Of a DNA stretch of 64,000 nt, positions 13,630-26,758 are shown one piece after another; within the stretch, counting starts at the first letter, position 1, and each line of letters opens with the position of its first letter. Position numbers and translations under genes: made by a program. Below the pieces are notes generated by a model. That model saw nothing but the letters and a program-made list of their open reading frames with translations, searched no databases and had not been told where the DNA came from. The stretch lies in the NCBI GenBank assembly GCA_964187785.1, contig OZ076411.1, positions 31,124,001 to 31,188,000 on the forward strand, written 5' to 3'. The stretch is from Amphiscolops sp. MND2022. Its lineage: Eukaryota.

Positions 13630-14525
13630 GTTGTTTTACGTCTTGAGAACCAGTTTGTTATCCATCTCTCTTGGAAAAATTCGACAAAAATGTACCGGAC
13701 GGGGTTTCCAAAGTGTGTAACGTGAACTTCGACAAAATTTCGAGTATTCAGCTGGCTCTGCCCGCTGAAATATGTGGCCTTGGGGTTTCATCCGTATCAT
13801 TATTAGCACTTCCCGCCTTTTTAATGGCAACTTTTGGTGCGAGTGACTTTCTAACGACAATTTTTTCCAAAACCTTCGAAGATGTTCCCTTTTTAAAAGC
13901 TCTTGGGAAATGGTTGAGTTTGACCAAAAGATAATTCTCTCGATGGATCCTAGAGAAAGTGGACCCAAGCTGTCTACGTTGAAACGACTCAAGATTTAGG
14001 TTATAGAATGGATGACAAACGTTCGAAAGTTTTCAACGATTATCAAAACAGCTTCTTGTCTCAGTAACTGAACGTTGTTCCCTGCAGGAACCTATGCCCG
14101 AAACTGATGATCAGCGGCTTCGGATTTTGGTTGGCTTAGGTCTCGGAGCCAACATCTGTGTTGCGCATACGTACCACTGTGATACAAAAATTGATCAAGA
14201 CGGTTTACACGATCTTTCTGGCACTAAGAGTGTTGGTCGCTTCGCACGACTCGCTACTCTCAATTCTCTATTATAAAAAACATTGGGATCTCTCGACTTG
14301 ATTTCAATGCTCGAGTAGCGTGGATTTTACAGGACTGATGGCAAACGCTCAGACAATGTGTTACCGTGATTCCTTGACAATTGGGTAATCAATTGGTGTG
14401 GGATGTCACAGTTGTGGATGCTCTTTCACCCAGTCGCCCGAATCAAAGATCCTTAAGCAACCCGGAAACCACGTGCAGTTGAGGCCGAAGCACGTAAAAT
14501 AAACAACTAACGCAAAATAATAAAT
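13630..14525 (+). mobile_element. 3' fragment of a CRE-like non-LTR retrotransposon (restriction-like endonuclease), decayed
   Basis: QLALPAEICGLGV...LALPAFL, GLHDLS.TKSVGRFAR, then RTDGKRSDNV and QLVWDVTVVDALSPSR across stops and frameshifts. A-rich tail at about 14495-14527. Confidence 0.65.
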
Positions 14526-15350
14526 AATGGATACATTCTTCAATCGATGGCCATGGACGTACAGGGTTCTTACATGCGGCAGCAATAAAATTTTCCTTAT
14601 GCGTCGCTGTGAAACGATCTGTTGTTCACAGAACAGTCAACGAGCTGGTCGCTTTTCGATGGACCGGATCTCACTGGATCTTCAGATGGCAATGAGGCCT
14701 GTGTTCTAGGAACTGTGAGCTACAGAGATGAGTTTGAAAAATTACAGATATTTACCATTTTTAAGTTTGTATATCGTCGCAGCTCTTTGAAAAAACTGTT
14801 CCACCAGTCGACTGTGATAGTTTGTTGGTTGTTTTTTTTGTTGCTACTCGTCTACTGGGATATTGGTTGGTATGGGGTTTGCTCCTTTCGTTGCAGATCA
14901 CGGGTGTGCTCACACACATGACACTCGATTGATGAGGAATATCATGATATCTCATAGAGGAATGAAAAAAACAACTGGTTTAAAAGTACAATTTTGTTTT
15001 GTAGATGCTTGACTGTTGACATGTAGATATTTAAGTTGTTGACGCTTCGAGCAGACGCTTCGAGCGAAGTTGTCCTGGTAGAGAATGTCAATTCTTGACA
15101 ACCGCCGCGCAAGGAGGGACGGATCGAACGACGGGCCTTGACCCCCAAAGTTCAAGTACCTGCCAGATTGCGTCCCACACACAACTTTTGATGTCGGACA
15201 TTTTTGTTGATTTGCTGACCAGTCGCGTTGCTAAATATACCCAATGCTGAACCACTTCTATCAATTGCAAATGTTAATACACAAACCAGGTCTGATCATA
15301 CACATTCAGTCTCAATTCAGGTCTTCATACCAACCCAATCTGTTTTAAGA

Positions 15351-18172
15351 AGTTATGGGCTCAGCAGCTTCCTAGACGACGCCATCTACTTAGCTGATCC
15401 CAGCCTCGCCAGTTCACGATGACGGCACCACGACACCCTGGACGAGTGCTCCTGTTTTGCGGACAAGAGGATGGTTTCCTCACTTTTTGGATCTGGGTCT
15501 TTCTGACAGAATCAAAACAACACATCAAATAGACGAACGTGTCAAGCGAGAGGGAGAACTTGCAGATCCAGCCATATTCTAGTACATGATGGGAGCTGGT
15601 TCTGGGCCTTGACAATGCTAGAATCAGTTTTATTAGAGGGAACAAGCCCAATGGGACTGCAGTCTGGACAGCTTTGACGAAGCTCCACAAGTCAACTGAG
15701 CGGTATCGTGTTGAGTCACTGATGACACAGCCCACTTGTCTCAAGATGATATCAAGGGAGAACGTGACTGACTACCTCACCAAAGCAGAAGGGCTCAGAC
15801 GGGATCTGGCTGAAGTGATGGAAACGGTCCTAGATGCTCTCTTCAAAGAAGATTCTCATGGGTGCTCAAGGTGACTTCGACAGTGTGGTGGCAGTCCTCA
15901 CCTTCGGCAGAGCAAACAAGTACTACGGAATGAAGCAGGATTCGGTCAACTTCATGGCAATCAGGGGTCTCTGTGTTTCCAGTTAGGCATCGATGACAGC
16001 CTCTCACTCAGTCGGAAGAAAGCCTCCAAAATGTTTCAAGGGTGGAAAGATGGGACACCGCGCCAAGTCTTCCACAATCTGGAGACGATGACTTGCTGGA
16101 AGGGACAACAGAGGAGCTCAAGTGGAGGTAGTGTCTCGGGTGAGTCAAGCGACCATTCATCGGAGGAATTCTTCAGCTTCGGGGATATCAGGGCAGGATG
16201 CTACAAAAACGGGAGCATTGAAACGTCCCATTGACTCCAGGTGTAACGGCTTCGTGATCAAGAACACAAGAGATCAAGGAAAACGGCAAAAACGGCATAG
16301 GGCACTGTGATTGGAATGACGAGACGCATGATAGAAACTGCAGGGTTCCCTAGGTAGTTCTTGCATTCTGCTCTTCCAACTGCCGCCTACCTGGAGAGTC
16401 GAGCATTGAAACGTCCCATTGACTCCAGGTGTAACGGCTTCGTGATCAAGAACACAAGAGATCAAGGAAAACGGCAAAAACGGCATAGGGCACTGTGATT
16501 GGAATGACGAGACGCATGATAGAAACTGCAGGGTTCCCTAGGTAGTTCTTGCATTCTGCTCTTCCAACTGCCGCCTACCTGGAGAGTCGATCAATCCTTC
16601 CGACGCATGGCAAGACTCCTTTTGAGGCGCTTCACGGGAGCGAGCTTGACCTTTGACATCTTCACGTGTTTGAGTGCAAGTAGTTTGGGCTCAACAAAGT
16701 CAGGAAGAAGCTGAGCCACAGAGTCACGGGAAGTACTTCTACTGGGATATTCGGAACACTCCAAGGCATATGTGGTCGCCTCAACGGACGGGTCACAGAA
16801 AGAGGCACCAATGGTCTGATGTCACGAAACGTCAACATCAACGATGAGGAATTTCCGTATCGACGTGGTTCTGCAGTCACCAATGAGGAAAGCGGACACG
16901 ATGAGGCATCTCAATCGGATGTTGATGGTCTGAAGTCGAGGTTAGGTGATCAATGAGAGGGCACATCTACGAAGACCAATGCAATCCAGGTCGAATAAGA
17001 AGAGATCATCGATCCAGATGAAGGGACACACAACGGACAGTACAACAGTAGTGGACAATTTGATCCAGCAGACATCAACCAGATGTCCGGGATGGACTCC
17101 AAAGGCCCCTGAACACTTCGGTGACTAAATGACAGGGAAAAAATTGGAACACCTGGACTTTCACTGAGATGCTTTGATTTCAAGTGGCTATCCAGGCAGT
17201 ACAACAGATGTCCCGGTGGATCCCAACTGGAATGCAGCAGTGGACAGAGAGTTCAAATCACTCGAAAAAAATGATTTCTGGGTGTTGGTCAAGCCGCCAT
17301 CAGGACAGGACATCATCAGCGGAAAGTGGCATTTTGCTCGCTCACAATTTAGTTGACGGAGGAAACAACGTGGTGAACTTCAAGGCACTATTCGTAGCAC
17401 TCAGGTTTACTCAGAATTCGGGCATTGATTTTCACTACACCTACTCGCCCTACAGCGAAGCTGTCCACACTCAGAATTGTCTTGGCATGTGAGGGGAAGT
17501 TGGGTATGTATTTCAATCAGATGGACTTGAAAACAGCACATCTGAATGCACCAATCAAAGAAGACATCTACATGGGGCAGCCAGAGGGGTACCAAAATGG
17601 CTAGCAGGTGGTGTGCAAGCTTAAGCGCACACTTTTTGGACTGAGTCAATCGCGACTCAATTGTTTCAAGTGTCTCTCTTTTCATTTGTTTGAGCCCAAT
17701 TTCAATGCATCAGTTTACGACCCTTGCTTGCTGACAATGACGACGAATGGTTGCAATTGCTTTTATAGTTGTCCGGGTGGATGATAATCTTTACGGGTCA
17801 ACTGACAGTCCATTTACTACGTGGTTCAGTGACATGATGAGTGAGCTGTTCATATTGACGAAAAGTGAACAATCTGACGTGGTTCTTGGTAGATGGATAC
17901 TGACTGCTAAACAGTGATGAGCAAGGAGTTCAAATCAATCGAAGAAAGTGGTGTCTGGGAGTCAAGCTGTCATCACGAAAAGTCTTCATCAGTGGAAAGT
18001 GGCATTTTGCTCACAACCTAGATGACGAAGGAAACGCGGTGAAGTACAAGCCACGATTCATGGCACAAGGGTTCACTCAGATGCCGGGCATTGATTTTCA
18101 CGACGCCTACTCACCTACTGTGAAGCTGTCCACACTCAGAATTGTCTTGGCATGTGAGGTGAAGTTGGGTAT
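15351..18172 (+). mobile_element. Degenerate Ty1/Copia element (PBS, gag, integrase and RT remnants)
   Basis: AGTTATGGGCTCAG at 15351-15364 resembles the Copia PBS GGTTATGGGCCCAG. gag UBN2-like VTDYLTKAEGL. RT remnants KLSTLRIVL and NAPIKEDIYMGQPEG. The RT 5' segment is present twice (about 17228-17510 and 17925-18172). Confidence 0.75.
16213..16588. repeat. Perfect 188-bp tandem duplication
   Basis: 16213-16400 equals 16401-16588 by eye. Confidence 0.9.
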
Positions 18173-18984
18173 GGAAAACAAGCCTAAAAACAAGACCTAA
18201 TGCAATTCTTCTTGAGAGAGATCACAAACCAACAGATCACAATGCAATGAGTTACAAGAGTATAGTGTGAAACCTCCATTATTTGGAAAAGCATCATAAA
18301 ACGTGAATCAATAACACTGCAAAAGGGGCCTACCCTGCTTTGTTGAGCAACCATGCAACATACAGAGTGTCAAAAAACTACCTATCTTGCTGATGAAAAC
18401 GTTGCTAGTATGATTTTCAGCTGTAATTCACGACGGAAATAATTTTAGATATTCTGCACAATGAAAAGAAACGTTCAAGGTGAGCACTCACTAGGCGGAA
18501 ACGTTTGGAATAATTCCTTAATGTGAAAGTCTTCTTCGACTTGGCGTGAAAATCTTTGAACGAAACGTCCTTTTTCTTTCACGGATCTCCATCAAGCTGC
18601 TTGTCCACAAGATTTTCCTTGACGAATCATAAATGTCGCTACTCTTCTTCAGAACAGCTTCCCGCATGTTGTTCTTTTTTTAGCACATTGAAAATACATC
18701 TTTGACGTCTTGTGGCACTTTTTGTTTTTCGATTGAAGGACTAGAATGACAATTTTACTAGGCGCAATATCAGCTACTTTTGATTTAAGTTTAAGTGTAC
18801 AAATTTTAAAGAGCTCCGACAACTTTCAGGATTAGTTTCAAGACTGTCCCAATCAATTTTGCCGAGCTCAGGCATAAGTTTTAGGTAGTTTTTGATTTAA
18901 CAAACCGTTCGACGCAAACGAACTGTGAAATCCAACTCGCTTCGATGCGAAGTACAAGCTTCAGGGGATCATTGCCAGAGTGAC

Positions 18985-20443
18985 TGTCGCGACATTGTTT
19001 GCCTGTGTAAGAGTCTACTGAACTCTCTCTAGACATTCGTCTACGATTTTCCTGTGTAAAACACGTTTTGGGGGCAGTATTGCCACGATTGATGAGTATT
19101 TTCAACTTCGGGGTTCCGTTGTAGCCCACCGAACTTTCGGTCCACCATTGTGTAATTAGCTCTCCCCTGCGTATCTAGCGTATTTTGGATAGAAGGAAGT
19201 ACTTTCTCAGCTATCGCTGTAATAAATGCGTCTTGTACCTCACAATTGAAGCTAGATTTGATCTCAATGAGTTTCCTGGAAATTTGATTAGCAATTTCAT
19301 CCCCAATCATTCGAGTAGTCTCTATGGTCATTTCACTATTCTCTCTACTTTTAGTAGTTAGTAGTGATCTGAAATCCTCTCCTGTAAGATTAGTTATGTT
19401 TGTTGTGGCCTATTGGATCCCAAATTTAGTTCGTTTTCACTCTGACCATTCCTCGCACCATCCCTCGAATAACTGCCTAACATTATGTCAACGTGTTCCA
19501 CGTCGGACAACATGTCCAACTGCCTAAAACGTCTTTTCTTAGCTCGTTGCTTTCTGGTAGACGGCATATGGAAACTTGAAGTTTTCAAGATTCAGTTAAC
19601 AGAAAAATGTAGGGTAACAAAGAGAGAAGGTTTTGAGGAAGTTTATCACGAATCAGTATCGCAAATTGTATGTTCCAACATTCAGTTCAATTGTGTCCCT
19701 CCGGACTGAAAATCACTGCTATTAATACTTAATACTGCTTGACCAGCTAACATTAGGGTGTTATGTTACTATAAATAGGTATTGCTTGTTCCCGTTTGCC
19801 TGACATTGCCTGACATTTAAATACTGTGATGAACAATTTGTCAGTTAAAACACTTTTACGGACTTAAAGTCCACTTGGCTACAGCACAGAATACATAAGC
19901 ATTGGAGTGAATTTAAATAATACCACGGCGGACTTCCCGCTTGCCTACAGTAAATGTATATTTGTACTGCGCTGTGATTGGCTGTTACTACATTGGACCG
20001 CGTGTACTGCTAGCTACAGGAAACGATCATTTGAACTCGTTTCCTGCTATGTGTTTACTTGTACGTTTTAGTTTAAACATTGAATCGCATTAAAGTCCAG
20101 CAATTATACAATCCTGAATAATACTGCTTTATCTTAACAATCTCCCAAACACAAACAGGTATTTCAAACACAGATGGGTGAATACATGAAGTAATATTTT
20201 TAAAGCAGTTCACAAGCCGAACGACTCATGAATTAGATACAAAAGTTTGTTGTAGCTAAATCCAAAAAGGGTCTCTTATGGTTGAAATGAGTTTTACTTC
20301 AGTAGTGAGTTGAACTGTTTGTAGCCGGTTGTCCTCAGTGTCTAGTACAGTTCATATGGGTAATACTCTATGTGGTGGGATAGGTGCGTGGTTCCCTGCC
20401 GGTATTTGATCGAAATCACCGTCGTAGGCGGCAGCCTGCGACA
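18985..20443 (-). repeat. 3' LTR (1459 bp)
   Basis: Collinear with 33023-34536, preceded on the minus strand by the PPT, and bounded by the TSD. Confidence 0.92.
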
Positions 20444-23400
20444 CTCCCCCTGGGACGAGAATGACAAAACCAGCTCTGATTCCAGCTTGAAAGGCTTTTC
20501 TTCTTCTGAACCTCTGAGCGTATTTTTCATCAGGCTCGTGAGTTTTCGCCAAAGAGCCCAATGTAGTTTCTTCTTGAAACATAGCAAATGATTTACACAT
20601 ACGGTGCAATCACCATGTTTTACCTAGTTTGCTTCGTCACACACTCTGTTGGCGCTCATCGCCAAACCTGTTATATGCGAATTTGTTGTCCATGTTTCTT
20701 CGTCTTCTGGCTCTGTTGACTATTGGGCGTATCTTGCACTAGCCGAAGGCCCTTGATCAATTAAAGGGGGTGATATAGGTGAGTACGGAACGGGTTCTAC
20801 TCTGCTACACTTAGCCAAGGGGTGATTTGGGTCATCTTCTACTTATGTCCCTAAGGTGGGACTCCCTATGAACCAATCGACAAAGCTGTCCGTAGGGTCG
20901 AAAGTAGAGTCAACTGATCCTGACAGTCCACATAGTGACTGAACCTGTTCCTCTCCCTTGTCATCGCTGGTCCCGCTACTAATTGAGGGGGCGTAAACAG
21001 GTGTCTCTCTGTAGCAAGCTATTACTTCTATGTCGCGATCCCCTTCTTGGCTGTCGTCGATTACAGTTGTTGATTCTGTGTCGATCACCATATCTTCATA
21101 CGACAGATTCACACATTGCACTGAATAGAGGGCGGATAAATTCTTCTACGTCAAATTGCAATGACATTTCGCTTTGGTAGCGTGATAAGAGAAGTTTCTT
21201 CGCAATTGTGGTTGGGTAAATACCCGATAGTGTAGGTAAAAATGGGCAGAATGATTTGCTCCCGCCAGATAGACCCTGAGTCTTCCTCGGTTTCGCGGGA
21301 ATCATTTATGTGGGAAAACATGGTTATAAGTTTCCAAAATACCCTAAACGTTTCTTTTCTAAGTAAGTGTTACTATTAGATAAACTTCGTCAATCAGTTG
21401 TTAGGCTAATTAATATGTCCTTAAATGCCTCTTAATTTATTTGGTTAACAGCAAGTGAGTTGTTAATTATCAATGAAAGTGTTGACTTGCGTTATATATC
21501 AGTTAATAAAATTACCATCAAAGACCACCGGTCCAAGCGGCTACAGTTGAGGCGTCGTCCAATAAGATGGCTGTAAAAAATAGTACGATCAAAGACCACC
21601 GGTCCAAGTGTCTCCAGCCAATGCGTCATCCAATAAGATAGCTGTGATGAATAAATGAATAATTTCATCAACATAATGAGTAAAGATGGATGGAGGAAAA
21701 AGCAAAATTACTGGTGAAATAAATATGATGAAACGCCTAAATAGCGAAATAAAGTAAAGTTACATGAATGCTACTGACAGGTTGCAAACATGAAAGGTTG
21801 GCACTAAGTAGTAATCATATTAGTTGATACTAAGTAAGTAAGATTTCAGCCACGACGTCCAGATTAGGTAATTTTCATGCAAACATCTTGAAGTGTCGAG
21901 TTAGTTAGCTGTCTAGTGTAGTTTAGTCTAATTGAATTACCTTTCGGGAAATAGTAGTTTGAACAATATGCTAAAGTCTGTGTTTGTTCTACAGCTTCGA
22001 CCTATCGTCCTTGTGACTAATCAGTCTTTATTGCAATTCATTCTTTAAATATCATTTTCCGATTCTTTAATAATAATTGACTTCTATCACAGACTCAAGT
22101 TCTATCCAATTATCAACGTTGGTCCTTTGGTCTTATCCCCTACAATCCCAATCATCAACAACTCTCCAAACCTGCGTCAGTTCAGTCAGGATATCCCCTT
22201 GGTATTCAAAGTCAGACTCCACGTTGTGTTTCAAATTCTGCTTGTTCGATATGGAAACAGCATCAATTTGGTTCTTTTTAAATTGTGTCTTAGCACAAAC
22301 TTGACCAGGGTTTAGCTTCGACACATGTTACTTCCTCCATCGCGGAATGTGTTCATATTGAATCGTAAAATGTAGATTATTTCCGGAAGTTTTGAAAGTG
22401 CGGCAAGTTGTACTGATATTCAGGAAGCGAACCGCGTAAATTTATTTCTTTCCATTTAGGCAAAGAAATTAATGACCAACCACAACAGACGCCCATTGAG
22501 ACTGAAATGTTAACTATCCCGGGGCCGAAAGAGATAGGCGAGACTCACGAGCTATTTAGAACCAGCCAAATGACTTAGCAAACTGAACAAATAGACCAGG
22601 GGTCCCCTCGGCCACAAACTTCACCCAATTTGTCTTTGATATCCCGACTTTTCGCTACGGACAGCAGTGGCTCAAATGAGAGTTGCGGCACGTATATCAC
22701 GTGCAAGATGGGTCAGCTGGAGGAAGCAGCTGTCAAGGTGTTTGCTGAAGTGACCAAGTTGGCCCAACGGGATGTCATCAGCGAACCTTTTGGATCACCC
22801 CAGCATTCAGCAATACAATTACAATCGTTTTTCAGAGACAAATCATCCAGCAGTAGTTTTCCTAGATTCACCGAAGGAAGTCATAGATAACCCTGAACTC
22901 GAATGTCCAGAATCTGCCGCCAAACGTCCACCGTCCGTCTCCGCATCTGAAAGTTTGACCACAGACACTGCAGTCACAAAACGGAGACAGACGGAGCCTG
23001 ACATAGCTGAAAAGCACGTTACAATGCAGCCACCATTCGCTAACTTAAGCGATTCAGAGATTGGGCAAAAATCTGACTCTGAGTCTAGACGTTGTGCTGG
23101 CTCTGCCTTGGCGGAAGCGTTGCATCCTGCTGCTGGAGAGTCTCTTCCAGAAACTAGTGACCTGGTCAGTAATGTTACTCCAGACCATCTTCCAGCTGAG
23201 CCTAGGATTCTTCCCTCAGGAGGCCGAATTCGTGCTCTTATCAGGGAGTACTTTACCGAAAATGAGTCCTTCAGACTGTCTCCCGGACACCCGACCATCG
23301 TCTTCACAGAAGGCCAAATTAGTAACGTTTTGCGAGTTGTGGCAGATGAAACAGCCCGGGTATCATATGACATGCTCGAGAATCTCATCCATCGAGCCAA

Positions 23401-24390
23401 TCGTTTATCTCTGACTTCCGTGCCAATTGGTAGCGGAAATAACAAGAAGGGCTCAACGAGGAGAGAATCTTTTGTTGTCACAAGTGAGGGCCGATACCAG
23501 GATTCTTCCTCAGGGGGTTGCAGTGACACCAGCGGCGCGCTGCAAAATGATGATGACTTCGCTAGCATAGGTTACTCCTAAGAACACTCTGAACCGGATG
23601 TGATAATTGGACCACCTCGAGCCACAATCAATTCAACCTGGTTGTAGCCGAATGGACCCAAGTTCACCCTTCGGTTCTTTCAATGCTGATAGCCCGGAAC
23701 ACAAACTTTGGCCGCTCTGAAGCAAGAAGCCATCCAGGATCGCCAACATCGAACACGAAATCAGAAAGGACGTTTCACTTCCGCTCCGCTTAGAGGCTCT
23801 GGAGCACGCAGGAAGGTTTCGAGGACATGCAATGTGATGAAAGAAGCTTACTCCATTGGCATGGAGTGAACTCGCACTTTTGTATCTGATCCAGTTGGTC
23901 CTAAATGGAGTCAATATAAAAATTGTTTGCTAGATCTGTGAGGCAATTATCTCCATCTACTCCAAAGGTACCTGCGAGATTTTGAGAGATCATGCCAGCG
24001 AAGAACATCTGCGAAAAACCCAACGCTGGAGGTATGAGTACTTATACAAGGTAGACCCGTATACAAAGGCTGGTGTCCCACAAGTCCGAGGCAGAGATGG
24101 CAAACTCCTCACTCCATACCAGTTGGCGCTTGAATTACCAAAGTTCGAGGACGCCAAATTAGTGGACATTGAGGAAAAACTCCCATTTTACGTCGAATAT
24201 ATGGCTCGAGCTGATCATATGTCGTATTCATCAGAAAATCAGCACAGAATACAAATTTCAGTGCTAGGACAGTTTCTTCCTTAATACGGCAACATTGACA
24301 TAATCGCAAGTTTCTGGCGAGATGTAAGGGGTCATTGTGAACCACCAGTCCTTGTTCACTGACTTCAATTGGACAAAAGAACGCCTCACA

Positions 24391-24539
24391 GTATGTAGTT
24401 ACTTTTGGTCAAAGATATTTATCTGAACATATAAAAAATATAAACCGTAGTCGATTAGCTGCATGGACATTTTCACATCCAGTGACGTAAGGTCAACTTA
24501 TCATCTCAAGCATTGACTAACATTCGATTTGCATTTCAG
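24391..24539 (+). other. Predicted spliceosomal intron (149 nt, phase 0)
   Basis: Donor GTATGT, branch TGACTAAC at 24514-24521, acceptor TTTGCATTTCAG. Joins DFNWTKERLT to VLFHHMFL. Confidence 0.7.
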
Positions 24540-25232
24540 GTGCTGTTCCACCACATGTTCCTTGACATATTTAGTGACAATGGGGATAATATCATTTCAA
24601 GCAATGAATATGCCTTGAAATTCGCCAATGACGGAATCTTCTCGCTAGTATTTATTGGTTCTGGCAAGTTCGGACCGACTGTGCAGAGTCTTCCTCAAGA
24701 GGACTGGAAGGACCTAGTGCCAGTGTCAAGCCGAGATCACACTCATATCCCACGTGATAGGCGCTGTCTCTAACGGGCCTGATTCATTAGCATAACCTGC
24801 TGTACTTCCCACACTGTTGAACTGTTGGACTTGAGCCCTTTCGGCCAGTATGCAGCGCAAAGTCCTCCCAGCTTTGAAAAATTGCAACTAAGAACCCTGA
24901 CTAAATAAAAAGGCTTCTAGTGTTTTTGGGCGCATAGACTTCTTTGCAGTTCTCCACTATCTAGTCGTCTCCCTTGGGTCTAGCCTCGAAGTAGAGTGGG
25001 TGATGCTGTCGCCAGGTTTATCTAAGGTAACTTTCATTGAGCTAGACTACAAGTTTTCCTTAGGTGCTCCTCTTCGAGATATTCCTCAATATTGTAGGCC
25101 ATCAGGACTTGCCAGCTAGAGCTAAATGGTCTGCCAGTTTTGCGCCAAGAGCTGCTAAAGAACTGGTCCGAGGTCACAGATTACCTGATGCAACACTCAG
25201 CTTCCCAACAACTGCAAGGAATCCGTAAACAG

Positions 25233-25410
25233 GTAATGCCCACAATTAATCACTTGTGATCTAAGAGAATCTTTAGAAGTACATACATGTAGACAATGGG
25301 ACTAGCATAGTATTCATTTCTCCTAACCTCATAAGCTGCACGCTCTACATGTATTCGTTGATCTAGTCTCTCATACTCAAGGTATTATATGGATTTCGTT
25401 GTTGTTATAG
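25233..25410 (+). other. Predicted spliceosomal intron (178 nt, phase 0)
   Basis: CAG|GTAATG donor and TTGTTGTTATAG acceptor. Joins LQGIRKQ to VQSLDWF. Confidence 0.6.
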
Positions 25411-26758
25411 GTACAAAGTTTGGACTGGTTCATGGTTTACGACGAGTACTTCCCAACTCGCCTAGAGATCTTTCACCGCTTGGTCCAAGATTACACCACT
25501 AGTTTTACTTTAAACTTGAAACAGCGCCGCGACCGAGGGTTCAATGTGTTCCGGGAGCTAAACCAGTTCCTCTTCAAAGTGGGATGCACCTCTTCAAAGG
25601 GAGGAGATGTATTCGCCCAAGCTGTCTTCTTGCAGAAAACGACAATCGGAGAATCCTTAATCTTTCTGTCCCTGATGTCAAAGCCTTAGGAGTGAGTAAC
25701 CTCCTGTCTCCTTCTAAGCTGGACACGACTTGACTTGGCTTGTAAGGCTACAGCAGAGGCGGAAAAGAGTGAGAGGAAAAACGAAGGTCTCACTTTGGAG
25801 GAGGTCTCTAAGAAGTACAAAAAACAATTTGCCAGAACCGCCCACAGCTATGTCATTTTCCTGTTCAAAGGGACGCAGGGGCCAAGTCGCTTCACGTCAG
25901 ATATTGTTAAAGGGCTTGGCTCATTTGATCTGGATGTCATGCTTGTATATCCTTTAAAAAATGCAGCGAATTGTTTTAAACAACTGGACTCCACACCGAG
26001 GACTATATGTCATTCCTTGACGTCCTTCGGCAAGCACACCCAGGGGTAAAACAGCCGAAACTTCTAACTGCAGACTCTATCGAATTCGTTTCTAGCCAAG
26101 AGGCCCTCGGGGTTAGACCACATCTAAACCGGAAATTCCGCTGGAGTTGTCTTTGTCTCGACGAGCCTCGGTTGTCTTTTTCCTCTGTTAAATTCGGATC
26201 CCATCGGACTGTCGATCCCCTTAGCCCGTTACTCGTGGACTAGATGTGCTCACTTCGGAACTTTCTGTAGCTCAATTCCTGTCCTTAGAACAGTCGTTTG
26301 GAGATGCTGGCCTCACTGACGTCTACAGCGCCTGGGACAGCGTCAACCAATTTGGCAGAGAGAAGATTAGAGAAGCCTTAGATCATAGCGGATCAAACAG
26401 CAAACAACGATGCTGTCCCCGAGTCCAATGTGCCTGAAGGGAGTACTGCCTTGAACTCTTTTCTTGTGCCTAAGCCAAACAAACGCCGGAGTTATTTATT
26501 GTCTGAGGATGAATTGACTGCATCTGCCACACGACTAATTGCCGGAAGCAGCAAAGACTAATTGTACTATATGTACAATTGTAATCCAAACATCAATTCG
26601 TAAATACTGTTTTTGTCTATTTGTTGTTTGCTATTATTTTCAGATAAAATCAAGAGACAGAGAGGTTCCTCATAAAAGACATAACTGAGAGTTGGGACCA
26701 TAAATAACATCTCTGACTAGTATCTGGGTTCATCAGTGACGTTGGGGTTGGGGTTAGG

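Larger units (their letters stand above)
22772..26440 (+). pseudogene. Antisense, intron-containing gene inside the LTR element: low-complexity N-terminus, BED-type zinc finger, long helical C-terminal region (possibly hAT-transposase-derived)
   Basis: ORF pieces 22772-23581, 23982-24284, 24540-24773, 25411-25689 and 25735-26049. Motif C*IC-x17-HASEEH at about 23933-24009. Two GT-AG introns (24391-24539, 25233-25410) join reading frames in phase 0. Several stops and frameshifts. Confidence 0.7.

Noticed and set aside
22843-23568. 241-aa minus ORF as a separate gene
   Set aside because: It is the antisense shadow of the Ser/Pro-rich plus ORF and has no motif.
25687-25718. Mini-intron at GTGAGT...TCTAAG
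   Set aside because: The frame is continuous without splicing; TAG and TGA are more simply mutated TGG codons (KPWEWVT).
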